Counted from the stretch's first letter, positions 9,378 to 18,360 are shown. The stretch is DNA of 64,000 nucleotides from Fimbriimonadales bacterium (GCA_051003155.1 JBPCLO010000052.1:1-64000), one strand, 5' to 3'. Numbers and translations are program-made. The notes: generated from the letters alone by a model not told the origin.

Positions 9378-9770
9378 ATGAAACGATTCTTGATGATTTC
9401 GACAGCCGCGGCGGCCCGTGGCGAGATGAGAGTAAAGGCGGGATTCGCGCGTCGCTTGATCGGCGTCCTCGTCTGCGCGTTTGCGCTGGCAACCGCGGGC
9501 ATGGGGCAGGTCACCGAGGCATGGGCGGCTCGCTACGACGGCCCAGGGAACTTAGACGACTCGGGTGAGGCGTTGGCCCTCGATGCGGCGGGGAACGTTT
9601 ACGTGACCGGCTCGTCCGAAAGCGCGGAAAACTCCACCACCGAATACGCAACGATCAAGTACGATTCCAACGGCAATCAGCTGTGGGTAGCTCGCTACGA
9701 CGGCCCAGGAAACTCTTTGGACCAGGCCACCGCCCTGGCCGTGGACGCAGCGGGGAATGTTTACATCTGA
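9378..9770 (+). pseudogene. Truncated SBBP (beta-propeller repeat) secreted protein
   Basis: Signal peptide, then ARYDGPGN...ALDAAGNVYVTG repeats; stops in the second repeat, 3 nt before the next gene. Confidence 0.8.
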
Positions 9771-9773
9771 GGC

Positions 9774-11528
9774 ATGGCCTATCAATCTGACACCGTTGCC
9801 ACAATCGTAAATCGCCTGAACACCCGATACCTGCTTCCTTCGATCCAGCGAGAATTCGTTTGGAAGCCAGACCAGGTACTCAGTCTCTTTGATTCGATCC
9901 TCCAAGGGCTGCCAATCAGCTCCTTCCTCTTTTGGGAGTTGAAGGAAGAGAACCGAGACAAGTGGGAAACCTATTCCTTCGTGCAGGACTATACGCAAGA
10001 AGGGACACACAATAGAGTCGCGAACACGGACGGGATTCAGCAACTGACGCTCATCGTTGATGGGCAGCAAAGATTAACCTCCTTCCTGATCGGCCTGAAG
10101 GGGTCATACACGCTTCGACAAAAACACGGGCGGAGGGATAATCCGGATGCATACAAGAAGCAGAAGCTGTACCTGAATCTCCTTCATGATCCCCGTCTTT
10201 CCGATGATGACGAAGACGACGAGGTGGGGATTCGATACGGGCTGCGGTTTGCGGAAAGCCAGCCAAAGAACCAGGTGGGTGAGCATTGGATCAAAGTCGG
10301 TCGGATTTTAAACTGCGATAGCCAGGAGAAGTTTGACGAGCTCCTCGCCGCAGAGGAAGAAGCTATGGATAGCACTCTCAGGAGCGACGTAAAGCTTTTG
10401 CAGCGGAACCTCGAAGCTTTATATCGCGCAATTTGGAAAGACCAAGGAATCGCCTATTACACTGAGCACAACCAAGACCATGATCGAGTCCTGAAAATTT
10501 TCATCAGGGCAAATGAGGGCGGCACCAAACTCAGTAAGTCCGACCTTCTCATGTCGATGGTGATCTCTAAGTGGGACCGCGTGAACGCCAGGACCGAAAT
10601 CTTAAGCTGCGGCGACACCATGGCTTCTCGACTTTACAGTTCGGGGAAGATTGATAAGGACCTCGTTATGAAGGCCTCGCTCGTTCTGTGCGGGCTCCCG
10701 GTGCAATACCGGGTCAAGAACTTCACTGCCCAGAACCTGACCTTGATTCAAGACCAGTGGCGAGACATTAAAGCGGCCCTTTTCAATTGTGCCGACTTAG
10801 TTCGCTCGTTTGGCATTACGGGCCCAGCGCTTACCAGCACGAATGCATTGATCCCGACTGCCTACTACCTGTTCAAGCACAAAGGGGAATCTCTTCGAGG
10901 AACTACCCAATTTGATATCCGCAATGCTTCGGCAATTAGGAGATGGCTCATTTTAATGTTATTGCAAGGGGTGTTTGGGCGGGCATCGGACGGGCTTCTT
11001 CACGAGATCCGAGCAATCATCGACAGCCAGTCAGAGGTTAGCGATGATTTTCCTGCGACCGAGATCATCGCACAGTTATCGGCCTCAGGCAAGATGGTCC
11101 CGCTGAGTGAGGCCTCCATTGAGAATCTCCTGGCAAAATCGTACAAACGCCCCGAAACCTTCCTTGCGCTCTCGCTCCTCTACGATGAGAATGGTTGGGG
11201 GATGATCACCCATCACGTAGACCACATTTTCCCTAGCGGTCTGTTCGACAAAACCAAGATGGCCGACCGCGGCTTGGTTGAAAAGTGGCACGACTTCTTC
11301 GACCAGAAAGATCGTCTTGCGAATCTCCAATTGCTTCTCGATCATGAGAACACTGGCAAGTCCGATGACACGTTTGAGAAATGGCTTCAGAAGCGCGATG
11401 ATGGCTATAAGAGCAAGCACTTAATTCCTGAAGACACCGAGCTTTACCGCTTCGAATCCTTTGTGGAGTTCTTGAAGAGCAGAGAGGATTTGATTCGGGC
11501 TCGCTATCGTCAAGTCTTGAATCTATAG
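9774..11528 (+). CDS. gmrSD: DUF262 + HNH (DUF1524-like) GmrSD-type modification-dependent restriction nuclease
   Basis: QREFVW, DGQQRLT, FIRANEGGTKLS, and C-terminal DHIFP...ANLQLL...N. Confidence 0.85.
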   Translation: MAYQSDTVATIVNRLNTRYLLPSIQREFVWKPDQVLSLFDSILQGLPISSFLFWELKEENRDKWETYSFVQDYTQEGTHNRVANTDGIQQLTLIVDGQQRLTSFLIGLKGSYTLRQKHGRRDNPDAYKKQKLYLNLLHDPRLSDDDEDDEVGIRYGLRFAESQPKNQVGEHWIKVGRILNCDSQEKFDELLAAEEEAMDSTLRSDVKLLQRNLEALYRAIWKDQGIAYYTEHNQDHDRVLKIFIRANEGGTKLSKSDLLMSMVISKWDRVNARTEILSCGDTMASRLYSSGKIDKDLVMKASLVLCGLPVQYRVKNFTAQNLTLIQDQWRDIKAALFNCADLVRSFGITGPALTSTNALIPTAYYLFKHKGESLRGTTQFDIRNASAIRRWLILMLLQGVFGRASDGLLHEIRAIIDSQSEVSDDFPATEIIAQLSASGKMVPLSEASIENLLAKSYKRPETFLALSLLYDENGWGMITHHVDHIFPSGLFDKTKMADRGLVEKWHDFFDQKDRLANLQLLLDHENTGKSDDTFEKWLQKRDDGYKSKHLIPEDTELYRFESFVEFLKSREDLIRARYRQVLNL

Positions 11529-11743
11529 CTTCGCGATCAAGTAGGCTACCTTTAGGCGGTGTGCCCTTCGGGAATCCTAAGCGCGCGTGCGCGCGCGACA
11601 TTGACAACTCATGATCGAAGCTAAAACGTCTATGATCGTTCGGGAAGGAGTCTGGAGGCTTGGCAACTACTGCGGAAAGTACCGGACACTGCGTTTGCGG
11701 CGCGGGGTTGTAGAACTGTATAGACGGGCGCATCGATTCCGAC

Positions 11744-11944
11744 ATCGCTCTTACAATGAATAAGTCTTGGGCAGCCGCGCCCTAAGCGATTGAAGCAAGT
11801 TGGTGCAGTTTGCGCTGGGCCGCCTCACGAGAAGCGACAAGTAGTGCCCCACGGCCAACGGAGAGGCTCGTCCGAGGCAGAACACGATATTCTATACCCC
11901 TCGTCTCTCAAGGGCCAAAAGTGGCGTTCATAGACGTTCGCCGC
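11744..11944. repeat. Adjacent repeats A2 (11744-11821) and B2 (11856-11944)
   Basis: A and B are 34 bp apart here but ~1.7 kb apart at 7439-9321. Confidence 0.9.
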
Positions 11945-12007
11945 GTTTGCGCAATGCCTTAAAACCGCCTAGCGGGCCATATTCTCGTTGAGATCCACAC
12001 CGACAAG

Positions 12008-12340
12008 TCATGGGTCCACCGTGTAAAGAACGCCGGAAGGATCGAATGATACGATTAGCCCGCGAGCCGTCACGCCCCACAGGAGCCCTTCCCTGCCGTC
12101 CTGCAGCCGCACGACATCGAAGAGCTTCGGGCAGTACTTGCGCAGTTCCTCCAGCGTATCCGGCGCAGCCTTTCCGAACCGCCTTTTCCGCTGAAGAACC
12201 CGCACCACTTCGGGCTTATGCTCACGGAGAAGCTGTAACGCGTCTTCTGTAAGTTCGGGACGAATGAAGACCCGCTCACCATCGAGCGAGAACCGGTAGC
12301 CCTGCCGCTGAAGGCGATCGATTAGCCTTTCAACGCTCAT
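12008..12340 (-). CDS. Small replication-module accessory protein (TubC N-terminal docking-domain-like)
   Basis: LIDRLQRQGYRFSLDGERV...LLREHKPEVV pattern; ATGA overlap with the upstream gene. Confidence 0.6.
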   Translation of the reverse strand: MSVERLIDRLQRQGYRFSLDGERVFIRPELTEDALQLLREHKPEVVRVLQRKRRFGKAAPDTLEELRKYCPKLFDVVRLQDGREGLLWGVTARGLIVSFDPSGVLYTVDP

Positions 12341-13830
12341 AGCTCAGAACTCCCATTATCGTCTTCTTCCCCAAATACCCCCTCACCAAGCGTCACACCG
12401 TCACAAACCGTCCGCATCGGTTCATCCAGTGCTATAGGCGTTCGGATAGTGTCAGGATTTTGTGACGTTTGGGGTGCAGACGCGCCCGTATCGGGAAGGG
12501 CAAGCGTCACACTTTCGCTGTTCATTTCGTGCTCTACGCGTCCAACGGAGTTCATTCCGTTCGTTTGTGACGTTGTGACGCTTTGAAACGGGGTTTCCAG
12601 ACAAGAAGAAGGTAAGTAACGAAACGCATCGGCGAAGCCCGCAAGCTTGTAGCCCTTGGCAGTTTCGTCGCCTTCTCTGATTGTTGCCGGTTTTATGCCG
12701 TAGCCGTTCAGCTTTCCCGCCAACCAGTTCTGGTTTATTTCCCTGCCTCTGTTTGCGCTGCTCCAAGGCGATTCCTCAAGACTGTTTAGTTTCTCGCAGA
12801 GCGTACGCGAGAAGATGCTGTCGGTCTTGAAGATTTCATGGATATCCTCTATCAGCTTGTTCTCAAGCGTTTGAACAGTATCTTCTTCCCCAGCCATGGT
12901 AGACGCGCAATTGCGAGCGAGAGCGGGCCAACGACCACCTGCTGCGTCTGCGACGGATGCCAGCGGCTCCCAAACATCGCCCGCGCGATTGTCGGGAAGC
13001 CCTTCGCAGTCCAAGCGCAGACTGTCGAGGTTGTCGTGTACCCAGCGAGCCACCTTCCGGCAAGCGTCCTTGAACCGCCCACTGTCGTGACGCGGGCGAA
13101 ACTTCTTTACGCGCTCGTCACCCGTCTTGCGAACCATCGGAATTATAATGGATCGGTCCTCCACAGTGCCCCATGTATCTTGGTTGTACGCCAGAACCAT
13201 CGGGGCCCAAACTGCAAGTTGGGCTACGACATACAGCGTGCCCGAATTGATGACTTTCCCCCGAGCCCTGGCCCTCGTTGTCGCTACTGTAACTTCGTCG
13301 GCATATGCGACGAGGGCTTGGCTACACTCGGCATCGAGCGTACTAAGCCATCAAACGAAGACGGCGACGACCCATTCCGCGACGAGTAAACACCGCGATA
13401 GGCGGCAAGACAAGCTCCTGTTCCAAATCTCGTTGCAGACCAGCACGACCTTTCCGCCATATTCATACCGCGAATCGCAGTCCAGCTTCAGGGATCGACG
13501 GCAAACTGATCCGTAAGCCGGGAACGGCTCGCCGGTTTTATGGCCTCGCAGATCCTTCTCCCATTGGGCCAGCGCTTCGATGCTCTTCGCGATTTTGGCT
13601 TGTGCGTTAGCAGGCACGCTCTTACCATCGTCGCGCCATTCAACAAGGAAATAATCCCCTTGGTGACAATGCGAAACGCGATCCCCGAGATGATCGCGAG
13701 GATTACCACCATCGGACGTTCCAGCAGCGTGACGATGCGTTTTGCCGCAAAAGGGACACACCGGCACAACCCACCGATCCTTTCGCAATACGGCTTGAAC
13801 AAAGTAGTAGTTACTATCTTCAATCATCAA
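12337..13830 (-). pseudogene. DUF3631-like replication protein with N-terminal Zn-ribbon, disrupted by in-frame TGA at 13351-13353
   Basis: ORFs 13351-13830 and 12337-13200 share a frame; VEDRSIIIPM, NRAGDVWEPLASVADAAGGRWP, YGIKP...KGYKL; CPFCGKTH N-terminus; middle looks degraded. Confidence 0.65.
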
Positions 13831-13840
13831 TCACCTCCAT

Positions 13841-13972
13841 TCAATTTGTCGGGTTTGTCGGGTTTGATAGTAAATCCGTAAAACCCGCGCGTGAAGTATT
13901 TCTTAAGTGATTTTCCAGTTTTTACTATCAAACCCGTCAAATTGAACCTACCAACCCGACAAAACCCGACAA
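13841..13972. other. Putative replication origin with inverted iterons
   Basis: ttgtcgggt x2 (13846, 13855) facing acccgtcaa/acccgacaa x3 (13932, 13954, 13964) across an AT-rich core, directly after the primase gene. Confidence 0.65.
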
Positions 13973-13989
13973 GAAATTGTCCAAAATCA

Positions 13990-16284
13990 TCAAAAGTCCA
14001 AATCATCTTCTGACGTCTCATCACCTAAAATCGGCTCGAAAGCGCCTTTCAGTCGCAAGCCGATACGACAGCGACGCGCCTTCTCGTCTCTGGATTTCGT
14101 GTATCCGCGCTCGTCCAAGAGCCTTCCAAGTCGCGTTTCGCTCATGCCATTTTCACCAGAAGCGGCTGCCCAATCACGATAACTCGAATGCAATTCTCCT
14201 ACCGTCGAAGTCGCCGATTTGTCGATGACCAAACAGTCGTCCATCCAGTCGGTGAGGATATCCTCAGCCTCCTTATATTGCTCGACCGCGCGCGTCACCG
14301 CGGCAGGGAACGGCCGGAGCCCTTCTTTCTGCCACAAGAGGCAGCCATCGACGGCCCAACGCAGTATTTGCGGGCCCATGCCCATGATTCGCTCTTTGAA
14401 CTCAGGGTCGATCGGGTACGTGCGGTTGAACGGTATCTCGACGATTCTGCGCCAGATCGCGTGATCCTGTCCCTTGATTCGCGGCAGGTGATTCGTCGTA
14501 AACCAGAGCTTCAATTTGGGCGTAAACACAAAATCGTCGCAGTGCAAGTGCCTTGCTACCATAACGGTGTCGCCGGTTATGCTTTTGATCAATGATTCGC
14601 TGAGGCGTCGGCCCTCGTCTGCTTCGGAGGCTAAGACCATACGGGCGCCGACGAGGCCGACGATCTGCGTCCGCTTGTCCGCTTCCCTGGTCACGAGCCA
14701 CGTGTCCATGCTGGACTCCCTTGCGTAATCGCCGAACGCGGCACAAATGGCATCGATGAAACAGTTCTTGCCGTTCGAGCCTTTGCCGTAAAGCAGGTAC
14801 ATAATCTGCTCGCCTCGACACCCCGTGAGCGAGTAACCGATCGACTTCTGCAAGAATCGCTCGAGCTCTTCGGAACCGTCCATGATGTCGCGCACGAAAG
14901 CCGGAAACTCGCCGGCATCGTCAGCAGGCAAATGGGCCAACTGCTTTGTAATCATGTCCCCGGGCTCGCCGTCTCGGATTTCGCCTGTGCGAAGGTCCAA
15001 AACACCACCCGGAACGCCCAACAGGAAATCGTCCCTATTGAACTCGTCAGGCAGCGCGTGCATCCCGCCGATCGATTCCGCAAGCGAAAGCATATGGGCA
15101 AGCGACGCCGCCGACTCCGACTTCAAGGCGTGCTTGAACATCGCCTTTTTCGCGTCGTCGGATAATGCGTACTTGATCTCATCGTAAATCGATAACGCCG
15201 TTTCCTTTCCGCGCTCGATAGCTGTAAAGGTATGGGCCTCCCAGCGGCCGCTCTCGAATATGCCCCAGAGGTTATCCTTCGGCCAGCCGGGGACATAGAG
15301 GCACTTGCCCCGCCAGCGGTCCGCGAACCTCGAGGCGTTGCCCATATCCGTCAGGTGATAAGACTCGTCGGAGTCCGCGCCCTCCGCCGGCAGGCCGTTA
15401 GCCGGAGCGGTCCTTTCGACGTAGCCTTCGACCACCAACTGCTTGGCCGCAGTCTTGAAGTTCCCACCGTGGCGAGAGAAAGCATAGTAACTGAACTTCG
15501 AATAGTAGCCAGGCGGGACGGGCGCATTGCTCGAGAACACATAGAGCCCCGTAACACCATTGCCGCCGAGCGTCGCGCTGATGCCCTTCGCCTTGCCCGG
15601 ACGCCGCCAATATTCGCGCTCTCCGCGCATGCGTACACGCTGCCAGCCGTCCAGGGCAAGAATATCCTGCCACTGCGCCTGCGCTTCGTACACGTCGCCA
15701 GGGCGCCCTGTGCCCACCTTTGTGGACGGCGCTCTTGGCGGTTCGTCGGGCAGATCGGGGTAGGTGGCGGGGTCGAGGGGCTCTCCGGGGTAATAGTCGC
15801 AATGCGCGATACCGAGCCGTTCGGGTGGACAGCCCGGCAGGAAGTAAAACCTCGAGGCGTCCTTACAGGCTTCGTCGCCCTCGTTCCCACCGAGAGCCAC
15901 GGCGAGTTTGCGCCACACCGCCGGCCATTCGGAGGCAGGAACAGGCGAGGACAAAGGGAATATGACGCGCCAACGCGGGTGATCGGCCGTATGGTTGTAT
16001 GTCGTGTGGCAAACGCGCTCGAGCCCTTCCCAAGCGTCCTCGAAGTGTTCAGGCGTCGCGCCGTCGTCGAAGTCCAGCACTAAGCAGCTGATGGATTCGA
16101 CATTCTTCGCGCTCCGATGCGGCGTGTTGTACGTCGCCGGCGACCAGAGGGCGATATTACCCTCGCGCACATCGGCTGGAATAACATGCAGCCTCGCAGC
16201 GAACGTCTCGAACGTCGAAAGTAATCGCGGCTTCGGCGTTGTGGCCTGAACCGACGGGGCGAAAACGCAGAAGGCGAAACTCAT
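13990..16284 (-). CDS. P4/D5-family primase-helicase (AEP-like N-terminus + SF3 helicase)
   Basis: LVLDFDD, HTTYNH...RWRVIFPL, D5_N HLTDMGNA, Walker A GKGSNGKN, TTNHLPRI, IWRRIVEIPF. Confidence 0.92.
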   Translation of the reverse strand: MSFAFCVFAPSVQATTPKPRLLSTFETFAARLHVIPADVREGNIALWSPATYNTPHRSAKNVESISCLVLDFDDGATPEHFEDAWEGLERVCHTTYNHTADHPRWRVIFPLSSPVPASEWPAVWRKLAVALGGNEGDEACKDASRFYFLPGCPPERLGIAHCDYYPGEPLDPATYPDLPDEPPRAPSTKVGTGRPGDVYEAQAQWQDILALDGWQRVRMRGEREYWRRPGKAKGISATLGGNGVTGLYVFSSNAPVPPGYYSKFSYYAFSRHGGNFKTAAKQLVVEGYVERTAPANGLPAEGADSDESYHLTDMGNASRFADRWRGKCLYVPGWPKDNLWGIFESGRWEAHTFTAIERGKETALSIYDEIKYALSDDAKKAMFKHALKSESAASLAHMLSLAESIGGMHALPDEFNRDDFLLGVPGGVLDLRTGEIRDGEPGDMITKQLAHLPADDAGEFPAFVRDIMDGSEELERFLQKSIGYSLTGCRGEQIMYLLYGKGSNGKNCFIDAICAAFGDYARESSMDTWLVTREADKRTQIVGLVGARMVLASEADEGRRLSESLIKSITGDTVMVARHLHCDDFVFTPKLKLWFTTNHLPRIKGQDHAIWRRIVEIPFNRTYPIDPEFKERIMGMGPQILRWAVDGCLLWQKEGLRPFPAAVTRAVEQYKEAEDILTDWMDDCLVIDKSATSTVGELHSSYRDWAAASGENGMSETRLGRLLDERGYTKSRDEKARRCRIGLRLKGAFEPILGDETSEDDLDF

Positions 16285-16952
16285 GGTGCCAGCGCTCCCA
16301 GTTTGTCGCGCAAGGCCGTTCGCCCCCGGTACAACCGCGACTTCAGCGCCGGCGTCGACATGCCGAGAACGTCCGCCGCCGCCTCGTGAACGGGTTGGAA
16401 AGCGGGGAGGAAATAACGCCGCCCCACGTCTTTGCGCGCTTCATCTGCAAGGCCGCCGCCGAAGCGAAGGGCGAGCTTCCGGTATACCTTTGGCCAATCC
16501 TTCGCGGGCACTGGGCGCGCGAGGAGGAAGATAACTCGCCATCTCGCGCGGTGAGGCGAGTGGCGGATGGTCGAGTGCTCGATTCGCGTGAGCGCTTCCC
16601 ATTCTTGCTCGAAGAACTCGGGGCTCATCCCATCGTCGAAGTCCAGGAGGAAGGCGTAAACTTCCTCTACCCCGTCACTTCCCGCCGTCATTCCCTCGTG
16701 GTACGTGGCGGGGCTCCAAAGCGGAATGAGCCGCTGCTTAGCCTCTTCGGGATCGCCGTCATGGGCCGACATGGCGTCTTCAAGGAACCGATAGAGGTCC
16801 TTTGCTGAGAACACCTCGCGAGCCTTGGGGGTAACGTCCTTGACGTTCTTGAACGTTGAGAACCGCCACCCGTTCGGGGTAGAGTGCTGTTTATCTTGCG
16901 GCGGCCCCTCGCCCGGAACATCCGGGCCGGGGCCGTTGTTTTCGTGAGCCAT
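16281..16952 (-). CDS. Stand-alone primase-N paralog with a sigma-70 region-4-like tail
   Basis: LWSPATY, LLDFDDG, HSTIRH...RWRVIF paralogous to the next gene; ends EAAADVLGMSTPALKSRLYRGRTALR. Confidence 0.65.
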   Translation of the reverse strand: MAHENNGPGPDVPGEGPPQDKQHSTPNGWRFSTFKNVKDVTPKAREVFSAKDLYRFLEDAMSAHDGDPEEAKQRLIPLWSPATYHEGMTAGSDGVEEVYAFLLDFDDGMSPEFFEQEWEALTRIEHSTIRHSPHRARWRVIFLLARPVPAKDWPKVYRKLALRFGGGLADEARKDVGRRYFLPAFQPVHEAAADVLGMSTPALKSRLYRGRTALRDKLGALAP

Positions 16953-17152
16953 TACCTACCCCCGAGTTCCACCGAGCCAACCTCGACCACTTCCTTTTCG
17001 AAGCGTTCGAGTTCCGCAGCGGAGACGCGTACCGCAGATCCAAACCTTACGGTCCGAATCCGTCCCGCGTTGATCAGTTGGTAAGTGGCCGTCTTGCCAA
17101 GCGCCAGCTTCGCCGCCACTTCGTTTACCGTGTAGAAATCTTTACCGTCCAC
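16952..17152 (-). CDS. xis: Excisionase-like HTH_17 DNA-binding protein
   Basis: YTVNEVAAKLALGKTATYQLINAGRIRTVRFGSAVRV. Confidence 0.88.
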   Translation of the reverse strand: MDGKDFYTVNEVAAKLALGKTATYQLINAGRIRTVRFGSAVRVSAAELERFEKEVVEVGSVELGGR

Positions 17153-17279
17153 CTTCTTAGTCCTTTGAACCGAACACCCTAGCCCGCCCGGGATTGGACG
17201 GGATCGTTCCAGTTCGCATACCTAGTGTCGCACTCGGGTAGACTTGTGTAAAGAGGCTGTTTCGTAACAGTTCCGTAAC

Positions 17280-18131
17280 ATGAAGCGCGAGGACGCACCC
17301 TACTCCAGGAAGTGGCCCGTTTGGTCTGCGGGGTATGAGTTCGCCTACGAATCCCGCCAATGGGTCGATGGGGTCGGTTTCGTCCAGATACCAGGCGTAT
17401 TCATACGCGGCAAGTCGGGTGGGGAACTAATGGCCTCCTTCCTCGCTCAGGACGATGTATGGCGCGCTAACGAATGGGCCGAGGGGGAAGGACTGATCAA
17501 ATATTACCAGCCCGATCGGCGGAAGCGTGTGGTTAGGGCCTTCGCCTACTGCGATCCAAATGGCTATATTGAGTTTGCCGACAAGTATGGGCTTTTAGGC
17601 TTCGGTCACTACGACGGACCAAACGCGTACGTTAGCGATGAGTTCCCGAACTTCAACCCTGCGGGTGATGAGCCGATAGCCTGGTGGATGTCTGCGCGGA
17701 ATGATCTGTGTTCTCTTGTTAGGCCCTGGGACTTGGCCGTAGAACTCCAAAGCGCGAAGACCCGGGCGATAGCCAGACCCCTCATAGAAGAACTGGCTGA
17801 AGTGCACGGAATAAGACTATCGAGACAGCTTTCGTCTTTCCAGCCGGACGCTTGGGTAAAGAGGGTTGAGGTCTATACAATCGCCACTTTGAACGCCAAG
17901 CTGGGCGAACTCGCTAAACCCTACATAAGTCAGGGAAGGGGACACATCTCCCTATATCCGTCAAACTTGCTCGGGGCCATATATGCCATGTTCGCGGACG
18001 AGGTTTTAGGTTATGGCCGCCCGCCGAGCCCCTGCCTATCTTGTGGAAGCTACTTCCGCCCGCCGACCCGAAGGCGTCAATACTGTTCGGATCGATGTCG
18101 TGTTCGAGCGCATAGAGCCCGCGGGCAATAA
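17280..18131 (+). CDS. Hypothetical protein with a C-terminal CGNR-like zinc finger; probable element regulator
   Basis: CLSCGSYF...QYCSDRCRVRAHRAR; divergent from xis. Confidence 0.65.
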   Translation: MKREDAPYSRKWPVWSAGYEFAYESRQWVDGVGFVQIPGVFIRGKSGGELMASFLAQDDVWRANEWAEGEGLIKYYQPDRRKRVVRAFAYCDPNGYIEFADKYGLLGFGHYDGPNAYVSDEFPNFNPAGDEPIAWWMSARNDLCSLVRPWDLAVELQSAKTRAIARPLIEELAEVHGIRLSRQLSSFQPDAWVKRVEVYTIATLNAKLGELAKPYISQGRGHISLYPSNLLGAIYAMFADEVLGYGRPPSPCLSCGSYFRPPTRRRQYCSDRCRVRAHRARGQ

Positions 18132-18169
18132 GGGTCCCGCCCTGGTCGAACCAGCCCCGTTTTCACCCC

Positions 18170-18193
18170 ATAAGGCATACAATAAGGCATACA
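18170..18193 (+). promoter_or_regulatory. Arm-type repeats (ATAAGGCATACA x2)
   Basis: Match 2373-2396. Confidence 0.75.
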
Positions 18194-18241
18194 TCATTTG
18201 TCGCCGTTCCACCAATACCTAGTAATTTAGGTTCAAAAACA

Positions 18242-18316
18242 TGGAGCCGACAGCCGGATTCGAACCGGCGACCTGCTGTTTACGAAACAGCTGCTCTACC
18301 ACTGAGCTACGTCGGC
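18242..18316 (-). tRNA. tRNA-Thr(CGT)
   Basis: GCCGACGTAGCTCAGTGGTAGAGCAGCTGTTTCGTAAACAGCAGGTCGCCGGTTCGAATCCGGCTGTCGGCTCCA; cloverleaf, CGT anticodon, encoded CCA. Confidence 0.97.
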
Positions 18317-18360
18317 GCGCGAGCGGGAAGTATACCGGTCGAGACGGCTATACTCGCGTT

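Larger units (their letters stand above)
2223..18286. mobile_element. tRNA-Thr-integrated genomic island, satellite/PICI-like or integrative plasmid-like
   Basis: Direct att repeats at both ends, integrase beside one att, xis + primase/helicase beside the other, arm-type repeats at both ends, no structural or T4SS genes. Confidence 0.92.

Noticed and set aside
3872..11944. Repeat pairs A, B and C as DGR template/variable regions or a CRISPR array
   Set aside because: Differences are not adenine-specific, no reverse transcriptase or cas genes are present, and there is no regular repeat-spacer period.
13351..13353. In-frame TGA joining two ORFs as a possible third Sec codon
   Set aside because: Not in a Cys/redox motif, and the surrounding sequence looks degraded; pseudogenisation or noisy consensus is more likely.
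13827..14024. 65-aa ORF ending KPDKPDKL
   Set aside because: Better explained as translation of the iteron/origin DNA, though expression is not excluded.
18241..18360. 5' extension of ORF 18241-18519 (MEPTAGFEPATCC...)
   Set aside because: It is the antisense of tRNA-Thr; the real start is ATG 18361.
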